Shown here one piece after another: positions 30,473 through 41,347 of a DNA stretch of 64,000 nt. The position numbers and the translations under genes were made by a program. Within the stretch, counting starts at the first letter, position 1; every line of letters begins with the position of its first letter. The notes below the pieces were generated by a model. It did no database searches and was not told the origin of the DNA. It saw only the letters and a program-made list of their open reading frames with translations. Source of the stretch: Anaeromyxobacteraceae bacterium (GTDB taxonomy: Bacteria; Myxococcota; Myxococcia; Myxococcales; Anaeromyxobacteraceae); the NCBI GenBank assembly GCA_047602405.1, contig JASGHJ010000002.1, positions 1,024,001-1,088,000 on the forward strand, given 5' to 3'.

Positions 30473-31117
30473 ATGTCCACCGCCCCCGCCCCCGCCGGCC
30501 CCTTGCCCGAGCCCGTGGCGGTCGTGCCTCCGCCGCCCGCGAAGACCGGCGCCTCGAACCGCAGGCTCCGCAACTACCTCCTCGACACGGGCCTGCAGCT
30601 GAGGCTCGCGAGCTACCTCATCGGCGTCGCGGTGCTGCTCTCGGTGTTCCTGGGGTTCAAGCTCTACGAGGCGTGGCGCGAGACGAGCAAGGTCATCGCC
30701 CTCTCGGATCCCGAGACCGGCGACTCGCTCGCCGCCGCGCTCGCCGCCGAGGATCGCGGCCGCATCGTGCTCGTCTCCGCGGCGCTCGTCTTCATCCTCC
30801 TCCTGCTGCTCGCGTCCGCCATCGTCATCACCCACCGCATCGCCGGGCCCGCCTTCGCGCTCGGCCGGACCTGCCACCGGGTCGCGGAGGGGAACCTGAC
30901 CCGCCCCTGGCCGCTCCGCCGCGGCGACCTCCTCGTGGACCTCGCGGGCGAGGTGTCGCACATGGTCGACGCCCTCCGGGATCGAGAGACCGCCGAGCGC
31001 GAGTTCCTCGAGGAGCACGCGGCCCGCCTGCGCGGCCTCGGCGGCGAGGCCGCCTCGGTCGCCGGGAAGCTCGAGGCGCTCGCGAAGGAGAAGGCCGGCC
31101 GGCTCGGGAAGTCGTGA
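30473..31117 (+). CDS. HAMP-domain two-TM membrane protein
   Basis: AAGGA RBS; 'RR.RNYLLD...QL'; two TM helices; 'THRIAGP...G.L....LRRGD' HAMP. Confidence 0.8.
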   Translation: MSTAPAPAGPLPEPVAVVPPPPAKTGASNRRLRNYLLDTGLQLRLASYLIGVAVLLSVFLGFKLYEAWRETSKVIALSDPETGDSLAAALAAEDRGRIVLVSAALVFILLLLLASAIVITHRIAGPAFALGRTCHRVAEGNLTRPWPLRRGDLLVDLAGEVSHMVDALRDRETAEREFLEEHAARLRGLGGEAASVAGKLEALAKEKAGRLGKS

Positions 31118-32838
31118 CCTGCTCCCGGAGGCTGCTCCTCGCCGCCGCGCTGTCCCTCTGCGCCGCCTGCGCCACCGGGCGCCGCGCGGCGACCCCGCCG
31201 CCCGTCCCGCCGCCCCCGCCGCCGCTGCCGGCCCCGCTGCCGCCGCCGGTCGTGACGCCCGCGCTCCCGTCGGTGGAGGACCCCTCCGACGTGCTGTGGG
31301 ACCACCGGCTCGACTTCGCGCGCGGAGGCGAGCCGCTCGTGACCATCCGGCTCATGGAGGGGCAGGAGGAGATCGCGCTCCGCGTCCGCGGCGCCGCGCA
31401 CGTGCGCCTGCGGGGCGGGGGCCTCGTGGAGGTCCCCGCCGGCGCGCGCCTGACGGTCCGGGTGCGCGGCGCGCGGCCGGCGAAGGTGGGCTGGTATCCG
31501 CTCATCCTCGACGCCCCGGCGGCCGACCGGGTCCGCCTCGACGACGCGCGGCGCCTCTACGAGGACCGGGGCGTGCGGCTCCGCACGCGGCGCATCGGGA
31601 ACGTGCACGGCATCGCCGGCCGGGTGGTCGACAACCGCCGGGAGCTCCTCCTCGCCGCGACCGACGGCACCGAGGAGGCGGCCCGCGCCGAGATCGAGCG
31701 GCTGCGGTCGCGGTTCGGCGCCCGCGCCGCGCTCGTGCAGGAGGTGGTGGAGCGCCCGGGCGGCACGCTCGTGCTGTCGTCCGAGGCCGGCGCGCCGCTC
31801 GGCGAGGCCGACGGCGTGCTCGTGATGGAGCCCGACGGCGACGACGACTTCCTCGTCGAGGGCGTGCAGCACGACCTCGGCAAGGTCGCCGGCGCGCGCG
31901 AGGACCGCACCTACCGGGGCCGGCTGTACGTGGCGGTCGACGCGCGCGGGACGCTCGCGGCGGTGCACGGCGTCCCGCTCGAGGAGCTCCTCCGGGGCCT
32001 CGTGCCGAGCGAGATGCCCGCCTCCTCGCCGCTCGAGGCGCTGAAGGCCCAGGCGGTGACGGCCCGCTCGAACGTGCTCGCCCAGCTCGGCACCCGGCAC
32101 CTCACCGACCCGTTCATGCTCTGCGCCGAGGTCCACTGCCAGGCGTACCGGGGCGACGCGGCCCGCACGCCGAAGACCGACCTCGCGGTGAGCGAGACGC
32201 GCGGCGAGGCGCTGTTCGGGCGCGAGGACCGCACGCTCGTCGACGCCGTCTACTCGGCGATGTGCGGCGGCCACTCCGAGGACAACGACAAGGTCTGGGG
32301 CAACGCCCCGAACGCGAGCCTGCGCGGGCACCCGGACCTGCCGAACGGCGACGGCCGCCGCTGGGACCGGACGCTCCAGGACGAGCGGGCGCTGCGGTCC
32401 TTCCTGGGGGACGGGGGCGGCGACGGCGCCTACTGCCGGATGCCCACCTCACGCCGGGATCGCTTCCGCTGGGAGCGCCGGTTCACCCAGGGAGAGCTCG
32501 ATCGCCTGCTCGCGTCCATGGGGGTGGGCCGGGTCACCGGGCTCGTGGTCACCTCGCGCGGCGTCTCCGGCCGCGCGCGGGTGCTCGAGGTCCGCGGCGC
32601 CACCGGCCGCGCCGAGGTCTCCGGTGAGCTCCGGATCAGGAAGCTCCTCCGGGACCTCCCCTCGGCGATGTTCGTCGTGAACCGCGAGGGCGACGACTGG
32701 GTGCTGGAGGGCGGCGGCTGGGGCCACGGCGCCGGGATGTGCCAGTGGGGCGCCGTCGGCCGGGCGGAGTCCGGCCAGGACTACCGCGAGATCCTCCGCG
32801 CCTACTTCAGCGGCGCCGAGGTCGCGAAGATGTACTGA
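31114..32838 (+). CDS. SpoIID/LytB-domain lytic transglycosylase lipoprotein
   Basis: Lipobox CAAC; LEELLRGLVPSEM, EALKAQAVTARS, CQAYRG, YSAMCGGHSE, GWGHGAGMCQWGA, YREILRAYF. Confidence 0.92.
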   Translation: MTCSRRLLLAAALSLCAACATGRRAATPPPVPPPPPPLPAPLPPPVVTPALPSVEDPSDVLWDHRLDFARGGEPLVTIRLMEGQEEIALRVRGAAHVRLRGGGLVEVPAGARLTVRVRGARPAKVGWYPLILDAPAADRVRLDDARRLYEDRGVRLRTRRIGNVHGIAGRVVDNRRELLLAATDGTEEAARAEIERLRSRFGARAALVQEVVERPGGTLVLSSEAGAPLGEADGVLVMEPDGDDDFLVEGVQHDLGKVAGAREDRTYRGRLYVAVDARGTLAAVHGVPLEELLRGLVPSEMPASSPLEALKAQAVTARSNVLAQLGTRHLTDPFMLCAEVHCQAYRGDAARTPKTDLAVSETRGEALFGREDRTLVDAVYSAMCGGHSEDNDKVWGNAPNASLRGHPDLPNGDGRRWDRTLQDERALRSFLGDGGGDGAYCRMPTSRRDRFRWERRFTQGELDRLLASMGVGRVTGLVVTSRGVSGRARVLEVRGATGRAEVSGELRIRKLLRDLPSAMFVVNREGDDWVLEGGGWGHGAGMCQWGAVGRAESGQDYREILRAYFSGAEVAKMY

Positions 32839-32849
32839 GTGGAGCGGAC

Positions 32850-33217
32850 CTGAGCGTAACGACCCAGGCGCGGTGCCTGGCTCGAGGCCGCGCGCGTCGG
32901 AAACGGTCCACCTCCGAGACCAGCTCGTCGGTGGAGCACTCGAATCCGTTGCCAGAGCGGATCCGCCACGCCGCCCGAGAACTCGGCGACGTGGCGAACG
33001 CTGCCCGGATCCGGCCGAGTTCCTGGCTCCAGTCACCGATGCAGACATCGTTCTCGCCGAACTACCCCAGGTGCGGCAGCCGACGCCCCGCGACCTCGAT
33101 ACGGAGATCTCCGTGGACGTGGTCGTCAAGTGTCAGCTCCTTGAGAGCGAGGCGCGATCGATCACGGATGACGGCAAGGTCCGTGAAGGTGATCCTGACG
33201 GTGCCGTCTTGCGTCAT
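32850..33217 (-). pseudogene. Decayed hypothetical-protein gene with in-frame TAG (33062-33064) and probable frameshifts
   Basis: GAGGTAGG then ATG 33217 gives MTQDGTVRITFTDL...LPHLG*FGENDVCIGDWSQEL...; protein-like sequence continues past the stop; composition is less GC-rich than the flanks. The 3' end is approximate. Confidence 0.55.
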
Positions 33218-33324
33218 TCAGTCGTGAGCCTACCTCGTGCGATCGCCGCCAACATCTGCCGAAATCAAGTGGACAGGGCGCAACGTGACGCCGGCCACCC
33301 CTGCGCCCATCCATCACGCCCCCT

Positions 33325-33571
33325 GCGCCGCAGCGCGAGGCCCCTCCGCCCGGAGGGCCCTCGGCAGCCCCACCCAATCCACGGACCGCAGTGCGACGAC
33401 CGCGCCAGGACGTGGCTGGACCCGGACCTGCTCGCGCCGCCCGTCCGGCCACGGCCTGGCGCGCCTGTCGTCGCCGCGGCTCACCCATCCACGGCGCTCG
33501 CCTCGATCGACGGCGCACCGGCGGGGCTTTGCCCAAGGGCCCGAGGACGGAGGGGCCTCGCGCGGAGGCGC
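33325..33571. repeat. Nested inverted-repeat element (candidate structured ncRNA or MITE-like element)
   Basis: Perfect 16-bp IR 33333-33348/33548-33563 with extensions; inner ~30-bp interrupted stem 33386-33479. Confidence 0.7.
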
Positions 33572-33651
33572 CACGGACACCGGCTGCCAGGGAGCCCACG
33601 CTCGGGGCGAACGGGTTCCTGGAGCCTGGTTCGCTTCCGGGGAGGTGGGCC

Positions 33652-33882
33652 TCAGGGGAGGTGCAGCGTGTGCTTCCGCGGCCGGGGCTTCAGGGCGCGG
33701 AGGGCCACGACCGCGGCGACGAGGGCGAGCGCGCCCATGAGCGCCTCGACGAGCGCGAGGGCCGCGGGGAGGGCGTCGCCGTGGAGCCCGGGCCAGGTCT
33801 CGCGGGCGCGCCAGAGCATGAAGGCGCCGCCGACGCCGAGGAGCACGGCGCGCAGGAGGAGGCGCGGCCTGGAGATGCGCAT
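33652..33882 (-). CDS. Small two-TM membrane protein (76 aa)
   Basis: GAGGGG RBS then ATG 33882; two hydrophobic helices; basic tail RPRKHTLHLP. Confidence 0.7.
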   Translation of the reverse strand: MRISRPRLLLRAVLLGVGGAFMLWRARETWPGLHGDALPAALALVEALMGALALVAAVVALRALKPRPRKHTLHLP

Positions 33883-34061
33883 GCCCCTCGAATGCCACGA
33901 AGCGGGCCGGCGGGGAAGCGCCCGGGCGCGGGCGAGGGCCCGGGCGCGGCGCGGGCGGTGAGGGCGCACACCCGCGCGCACGCCACACGGGCCGGTGACG
34001 CGGGGCGGCGGTCGTCGCAGGTTCTCTCCGGGCCGCGACGTTGCCCAGGGGTGGAAACGAC

Positions 34062-35459
<1,398 letters not shown>

Positions 35460-35460
35460 C

Positions 35461-35682
35461 TCAGGCCCGCTCGGCCTGGCCCTCCAGCGCGCGGGGCAGC
35501 GCGCCGCCGGTGCGGTCGGCCGCCCGCGCGCCGGCGGGCGCCTGGCGCCGCGCGCTCGCCCACAGGAACACGATCCCGAGCGCCACGAGCACGAGCGGCT
35601 GGGCCCATGGCTGCGGGAAGAGCCCGATGATCGCGGCCCCCGCGCCGAACAGCCCCACCGTCCAGACCGCAGTCCTGAGCAT
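35461..35682 (-). CDS. Small two-TM membrane protein (73 aa)
   Basis: GAGGAGG RBS; two hydrophobic helices. Confidence 0.65.
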   Translation of the reverse strand: MLRTAVWTVGLFGAGAAIIGLFPQPWAQPLVLVALGIVFLWASARRQAPAGARAADRTGGALPRALEGQAERA

Positions 35683-35902
35683 GCCGGCGCCTCCTCGCGA
35701 CCGAAGGGAAGCTCATCCCTCGACGCCTCGCCCGCAACGGCGCACGGCGCGCGGGCAGGCGGAGTTCCCAGGGAGTGAACTTCCCTTCCACCGTCGCGCA
35801 CACGCGCGCCCACCATCCGCCATGCGCCTGCCCGGGCGGCGCGCCCTCCGGCGCCCGCGGAGCGGGCGATTCCGCGCGATCGGGATTCCCGCCCGGAGCC
35901 CA

Positions 35903-35918
35903 TGGCACGGCCGATGCT
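35903..35918 (+). promoter_or_regulatory. sigma54 (-24/-12) promoter of the polysaccharide operon
   Basis: TGGCACG-GCCG-ATGCT with exact GG-N10-GC spacing, about 55 nt before the first gene; an EBP gene lies nearby. Confidence 0.8.
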
Positions 35919-35971
35919 CAGGGCCGCCCGCGTGTTCGGGGCCGCGTCCGGCCCCGCTGGAGGAACACCGG

Positions 35972-36547
35972 ATGTCCCGAGCTCGCCTGCCCTTCGTCCT
36001 CGCCTTCGCCGTCGCCGCCGGCTGCGCCTCGGAGGCGCCCGCGCGCCGCGACGCCGAGGTGCGCCCCGACGCCGAGTACCGCATCGGGCGCGAGGACGTG
36101 CTCGAGGTGGTGGTGTGGCACGAGCCCGAGCTGACCCGCGTCGTGCCGGTGCGGCCGGACGGGCGCATCTCGCTGCCGCTCGCCGGCGAGGTCGAGGCGG
36201 CCGGGATGACGCCGTCCGAGCTGCAGGCCCGCCTCACGAAGAGCCTCTCGCCCTTCGTGCAGGACGCGGCGGTGGCGGTGCTCGTGCGCGAGGTGAACGC
36301 CGCGCGCGTCTTCGTGCTCGGCGAGGTCGCCCACCCGGGCGGCTTCCCGCTGCGCGGGCCGCTCACGGTGGTGCAGGCGATCGCGCTCGCGGGCGGGCGC
36401 ACGGAGTTCGCGGGGCGCTCGATCCAGTGGCTCAGGGCGCGCCCGGACGGCTCGACCGAGCGGGTGGAGCTCTCGTTCGAGGAGCTCGTGAAGGCGAACA
36501 AGGGTGGCCAGTGGCTGCGCGGCGGCGACGTCCTCTACGTGCCGTGA
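35972..36547 (+). CDS. exoA: Short Wza/OPX polysaccharide export lipoprotein (ExoA-like)
   Basis: GGAGG RBS; lipobox AAGC; YRIGREDVLEV, VRPDGRISLPLAGEV..AG; only 191 aa with no C-terminal OM helix. Confidence 0.85.
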   Translation: MSRARLPFVLAFAVAAGCASEAPARRDAEVRPDAEYRIGREDVLEVVVWHEPELTRVVPVRPDGRISLPLAGEVEAAGMTPSELQARLTKSLSPFVQDAAVAVLVREVNAARVFVLGEVAHPGGFPLRGPLTVVQAIALAGGRTEFAGRSIQWLRARPDGSTERVELSFEELVKANKGGQWLRGGDVLYVP

Positions 36548-36593
36548 GGCGGAGCCGACGGTGATCGCGGGGCCGGGGATGGGAGCGCGGGCG

Positions 36594-37718
36594 ATGGGGT
36601 CGGGGTCGAGGCTGAGCGGGGCCGTGCTGGTCGCGGCGTTGCTCGTCGCGGCCGGGCCGTCCCGGGGGGAGACGGTCGCCGTCCCCATCGCCCGGCTCTC
36701 GCTGTGGGGCGGCTGGGACTCGAACGCGCTCTACGAGGGGCGCGGCGGCGACCGGGCCGGGCGGCTCTCCCCGGAGCTCGGGGTGCGGCTGATGAACGAG
36801 CGGCTCGACCTGAAGCTCTCCGGCGGCGCCGACCTGCTCGTGTACGAGCGCTACGACCGCGGGGGCACCTGGAACCCGCGCGCCGCGCTCTCGCTCGATG
36901 GCCGCGGCGACCGCCGGCTGACCGTCGGCCTCACCGGCAACTTCCAGCACGCGTTCGACCCCGCCGGGCTGGCGCAGCTCGGCGTGTTCCGGACCGGGCG
37001 CGCCTCGGCGACCACCGTGGAGGGGCGCGGGCGGCTCGCCTGGCGCGCGACCGAGCGGCTCGAGGTGGCGGGGACCTACGCGGATCGCACGGTGCGCTTC
37101 GACGACGGCTCGGGCGGCGCGATGCACGCGCCCGGGCTCGAGGCGCTCTACCGGGTGCTCCCCCGCGTCGCCGTGGGCGCCGCCGGGGGCGTGGCGCTCT
37201 TCCAGGGCTTCGCCGCCACGGGCGACGAGCACGCCTTCTCGAGCTCGGGGCGCGCGCGCCTGCGGGTGGACCTCGACCGGCGCCTGCGCCTCGAGGCCGC
37301 CGCGGGGCCCGCGCTCTGGTCCGGGCCGGACGGCCGCGCGGTCGTGCCGGAGGGCACGGCCGAGCTCAGGGCCGGCTACCGGACCTGGGACCTCGCCGCG
37401 ACCCTGTTCCACGGCCTCGGCATCGGCTCGACCGCCCGGCCGGGCCTCGTCACGAGCGCGGAGGTGGCGGCGGAGAAGCGCTTCGGCCTGTGGCTCGCGC
37501 TCCGCGGCCGCGCCGGCGTCTGGCGGTCGGGGCGCGCCCCCGGCGGAGAGGACGCGGTCGAGGGCTACGCCGCCTCGGCGGAGGCGGCGGCGTACGCCGG
37601 CGGGGGCGTGCGCGTCCTCCTCTCCGCCACACGCTTCGCGCGGATCGACGACCCGTCGCCCGCGCTCGGTCGGACCACGGTGGGGCTCGGGCTCTCCTGG
37701 GAGCTCGAGCCCCGCTGA
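36594..37718 (+). CDS. exoB: Outer-membrane beta-barrel protein (ExoB-like)
   Basis: Signal peptide, 'GGWDSNAL', alternating beta-strand pattern, C-terminal LGLSW; position between OPX and PCP genes. Start uncertain (36561/36579/36594). Confidence 0.7.
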   Translation: MGSGSRLSGAVLVAALLVAAGPSRGETVAVPIARLSLWGGWDSNALYEGRGGDRAGRLSPELGVRLMNERLDLKLSGGADLLVYERYDRGGTWNPRAALSLDGRGDRRLTVGLTGNFQHAFDPAGLAQLGVFRTGRASATTVEGRGRLAWRATERLEVAGTYADRTVRFDDGSGGAMHAPGLEALYRVLPRVAVGAAGGVALFQGFAATGDEHAFSSSGRARLRVDLDRRLRLEAAAGPALWSGPDGRAVVPEGTAELRAGYRTWDLAATLFHGLGIGSTARPGLVTSAEVAAEKRFGLWLALRGRAGVWRSGRAPGGEDAVEGYAASAEAAAYAGGGVRVLLSATRFARIDDPSPALGRTTVGLGLSWELEPR

Positions 37719-37738
37719 GACACGGAAGGGAACCTGGA

Positions 37739-39106
37739 ATGGACCGCAACTACTCGCTGCACGACCTCCTCGCCGCCCTGCGCCGCCGGCGCGGGATCGC
37801 GATCGGGATCTTCCTCGCCGCGCTGGCGCTCGGCACGGCGATCGCGCTGCTCGTGCCCGCGGAGTACACGGCGCGCTCGGTCGTCCAGATCGAGCCCCGC
37901 CGGCAGAGCTTCGACTTCTTCCCGGCCCAGAACGCGACGCCGTTCGAGGACCGGATGCGGACCATCAAGCACGGGATCCTGTCCCGGCCGATCCTCGAGC
38001 AGGTCGTGAGGGAGACCGACTTCTTCCCGGAGCTCGCCGGGAACGTCGACGAGGCGGTCGAGCGGATGCGCCGGCACGTCGAGGTCCGGCTCGAGGGTGA
38101 GGTGCCCGCCGGGGCGCCCGCCCTCCTGTTCGTGGTCGAGGTCCGCGGCGAGGACCCGGACCGGGTCGAGCGCGCGGCGGCCCTGCTCCCGAAGCTGTAC
38201 GAGGCGCGGACCCGGGAGGTCCTGCTCGGCCAGGCCCGCGCGCTGCGCGAGACGCTCGACGCCCAGGTGAAGGAGCTCGGCGGGGAGCTCGCCGGCCACG
38301 AGGCGCGGATCACCGCGTTCAAGGCGAGGAACGCCGCGAGCCTGCCGGAGGTGGTCGAGGACCACGCCCGGGCCATGGGCCGGCTGCAGAGCGTGCTCGA
38401 GCTGCGGATCGGCGCGATTGCCGACGCGCGCCGGCGCCGCTCCTCGCTGCTCGCCTCGATCCCGGAGGGGCCGTCGGTCTCGGGGATGGCCGAGGCCGGC
38501 CTCGACGCCGCCCGCCGCAAGCTCGACGCCGTGAAGGCGGCCTACGGGCCGAGGCACCCCGACGTGCTGCGCGCTGGCCGCGAGTACCAGGAGGCGCTCT
38601 CGCGCCGCGACGAGGAGCTCGGGCGCTGGCGCGACGAGCGGCTCGGCGGCGAGCTCTCGCGCCTCGACAAGGAGGTCGAGGAGGACGAGGCCGACGTGGC
38701 CGCCCTGCGGACGCAGCTCGCGGAGCTGCAGGGCAAGATCGACGCCGCCCCGCGCATCGGGCAGGAGCTCTCGACGCTCTCGCGCGACCAGGAGGTGGTG
38801 CGCGGGAAGTACGCCGCCACGGTCTCGCGCCGCGCCGACGCCGCGGCCGCCGAGGCGCTCCTCGCCGCCGACCAGGGCACGATGTTCCGCACGGTGGATC
38901 CCGCGGGCCGGCCGGCGCGGCCCTCCGCCCCGGACCGCGCGCGGCTGCTCTGGCTCGCGTTCCTGGCCGCGCTCGCCGCCGGCTTCGGCGCGGCCGGCCT
39001 CGCCGAGTGGCTCGATCCGTCCATGCGCGGCCCGGAGGACGCGGCGTCCTTGCCGGTCCCGGTCCTCGCCGCCGTCCCCCGCATCGGCCCGCGCAGGGCC
39101 TCCTGA
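37739..39106 (+). CDS. exoC: Polysaccharide co-polymerase (Wzz/Wzc membrane domain, GumC-like; ExoC-like)
   Basis: N-terminal TM, P.EY.A, coiled coil, YGPRHPDV, 'P..PSAPDR' TM, 'EWLDPS...PVLA.VP'. Confidence 0.85.
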   Translation: MDRNYSLHDLLAALRRRRGIAIGIFLAALALGTAIALLVPAEYTARSVVQIEPRRQSFDFFPAQNATPFEDRMRTIKHGILSRPILEQVVRETDFFPELAGNVDEAVERMRRHVEVRLEGEVPAGAPALLFVVEVRGEDPDRVERAAALLPKLYEARTREVLLGQARALRETLDAQVKELGGELAGHEARITAFKARNAASLPEVVEDHARAMGRLQSVLELRIGAIADARRRRSSLLASIPEGPSVSGMAEAGLDAARRKLDAVKAAYGPRHPDVLRAGREYQEALSRRDEELGRWRDERLGGELSRLDKEVEEDEADVAALRTQLAELQGKIDAAPRIGQELSTLSRDQEVVRGKYAATVSRRADAAAAEALLAADQGTMFRTVDPAGRPARPSAPDRARLLWLAFLAALAAGFGAAGLAEWLDPSMRGPEDAASLPVPVLAAVPRIGPRRAS

Positions 39107-39137
39107 AGCCCACCCGTCGCACGAGGAGGATTCGATC

Positions 39138-39869
39138 ATGATGTCCGCAGACACCCTGACGGCCGAGCTGCCCGCCACCACGCCCGAGTCGCGGCTCGTG
39201 GCCCTCGCGGCGCCCGAGAGCGCCGCCGCAGAGCAGTACCGCGTGCTCCTCTCGCGCCTCGCCCGGCTGGCCTCGCGCCGGCCGATGCGCGCGGTGGCGG
39301 TCACCTCCGCCGGGCGCGGGGAAGGGCGCACCACCACCGCCATGAACCTCGCGCTCACGGCGGCCCAGGAGGGCAGGGCCGCGGTGCTCGTGGAGGCCGA
39401 CCTGCGGCGCCCGGCGCTCGCCGGCCTGCTCGGGCTCTCGCCGCGCGCGGGGGTGGGTGAGCTCCTCGAGGGCCGGGCGGAGCTCTCCGAGGCCGTCGCG
39501 CGGGTGGGGCCGCTCGCCGTGCTCTGCGCGGGCCAGGTGCGCGATCCCGCCTCGGCCGCGCGCGGCGCGCGGGCGGGCGTGCTGCTCGAGCAGCTCCGGG
39601 CCGCGTACGACCTCGTCGTCCTCGATGCGCCCCCGGCGATGTCGTTCCTCGACGGCGACCGCCTCGCGGGCGCGGCCGACGGCGCCATCCTCGTCGTGCG
39701 GGCCGGCGTCACGCCCCGCCCGGTCGTGAAGCTCGCGCTCGAGGCGATTGGCGACCGCGCCGCGGGGATCGTGCTCAACGCGGTGGACCCCGAGGCGACC
39801 GTCCACGGGCGGTGGATCTACGCCGCGCCCGAGGACGAGCCGGGCCTGCCGGGCCGCAAGGTCGGGTAG
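39138..39869 (+). CDS. exoD: CpsD/CapB-family BY-kinase (ExoD-like) with degenerate Walker motifs
   Basis: AEQYRVL, VTSAGRGEGRTT, VEADLRRP, YDLVVLDAPP, GIVLN. Confidence 0.85.
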   Translation: MMSADTLTAELPATTPESRLVALAAPESAAAEQYRVLLSRLARLASRRPMRAVAVTSAGRGEGRTTTAMNLALTAAQEGRAAVLVEADLRRPALAGLLGLSPRAGVGELLEGRAELSEAVARVGPLAVLCAGQVRDPASAARGARAGVLLEQLRAAYDLVVLDAPPAMSFLDGDRLAGAADGAILVVRAGVTPRPVVKLALEAIGDRAAGIVLNAVDPEATVHGRWIYAAPEDEPGLPGRKVG

Positions 39870-39957
39870 GGCGCGGGCCGGGAGGGAGCCCGGCGAAGCG
39901 CAGCGGAGCCGATTCCGGGGAGGGGGCTACGCCCCCTCGAAATGCAGGGGGGGAACC

Positions 39958-41347
39958 TTGGTCCGCGTCTTCAACCACTGGCTGTCGCCGCGCAAGGCGG
40001 CGTTCTTCTTCGCCGAGGAGATGGTCCTCGTCGTCGCGCTGCTCGCAGGCGCCTCGCTCGCGCCGGTCGCGGCCCAGGGCCCGGACGCGCCGCCGGTCGC
40101 GCCGGGCGCGCTCCGGGCGCTCGTCGCCTCGCTCTTCTTCGCCGGGGCGCTCTACCTCGGCGATCTCTACGACATGGGCGCCGCCGTCCGGGACCGGAAC
40201 GACGGCCGCCGGCTCCTGCGCGCGATCGGAGTCGCGGTCATCGCGCTCGCCGTGGCCGACGTCGCGCTCGACCTCTTCCTGCCGGGCTGGATGCTCCACC
40301 GCGGGCTCGTGCTCTCCGCCGCCGGCGGCGCGATTGGGGTGGTCGCCGTGCGGGCGCTCATGCCGGCGGTGGTGGGACCGCCGACCCGGGTGCTCTTCGT
40401 GGGCACCGGGCCGCGCGCCCGCGACCTCGCCCGGGCGATCGACCGGGACGCCGCGGGCCTCTACCGCTCCGCGGGCTTCGTGGCGATGCCGTCCGCGCGC
40501 CTGCCCTGGGCGGTCCCGGCCGAGGCCGTGCACCGGGGCGAGCTCGGCGAGGTGGCCCGCAGGGTGCGCGCCCACGTCATCGTCGTCGCCATGGAGGACC
40601 GCCGCGAGGGGTTCCCCGCGGAGGAGCTGCTCGTGCTGCGCACGACCGGCAGCCGCGTCGTCGACGACGTGGGGTTCGCCGAGGCGGCGCTGCAGCGCAT
40701 CCCGCTCGCGCTGGTCCGGCCGAGCGCGCTCATCTTCGACGAGGGCTTCCGCGTCTCGCGCGCCACCGCGGCCGCGAAGCGGATCCTCGACGTCGTGCTC
40801 TCGCTCGGGCTCCTCGTGGCCACCGCGCCGCTCGGGGCGGTGGTCGCGCTCGCGCTCTGGGCGACCGACGGCCGGCCGCTGCTCGACCTGCAGGAGCGCA
40901 CCGGCCGGGGGGGCCGCACCTACCGGATTCCGCAAGTTCCGCACGATGCGGCGGGACGCCGAGCGCCTGGGCGCGGCCTGGGCCACCCAGGACGACCCGC
41001 GCGTGCTCCCGCTCGGGCGCTTCCTGCGCCGCACGCGGCTCGACGAGCTGCCGCAGCTCTGGAACGTGCTCGCGGGCGACATGAGCCTCGTGGGGCCGCG
41101 GCCCGAGCGGCCGGTCTTCCTCGCGGAGATCAAGGCGCGCTGGCCGCTCTTCGGCCTGCGCGAGCTCGTGAAGCCCGGCCTCACCGGCTGGGCCCAGCTC
41201 AAGTTCGGCTACGGGTCGACGCTCGAGGAGCAGTCGAAGAAGCTCGAGTACGACCTCTACTACATCAAGAACGCGGGGCTCTTCCTCGACCTCGTCTGCC
41301 TGCTCGCGACCGCGAAGGTCGTGCTGCTCGGGAGGGGCGCGCGATGA
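39958..41347 (+). CDS. exoE: Polyisoprenyl-phosphate hexose-1-phosphate transferase (ExoE-like); frameshifted at ~40928
   Basis: TM N-terminus, KRILDV and QERTG in one frame; KFRTM, DPRV..GRFLRRTRLDELPQLWNVL.GDMSLVGPRPE, KPGLTGWAQ and KLEYDLYY in the next frame. Confidence 0.88.

Noticed and set aside
27248..32838. SpoIIM- and SpoIID-named domains as evidence of endospore formation
   Set aside because: Both families are widespread in non-sporulating bacteria; the names are historical.
33062..33064. TAG as pyrrolysine/amber read-through
   Set aside because: No pyl genes in the window, and apparent further frameshifts favour pseudogenisation.
33325..33571. Identification of the structured element as 6S RNA, SRP RNA, tmRNA or Pxr
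   Set aside because: It lacks recognisable conserved sequence motifs and the usual gene context of these RNAs, so it is left unassigned.
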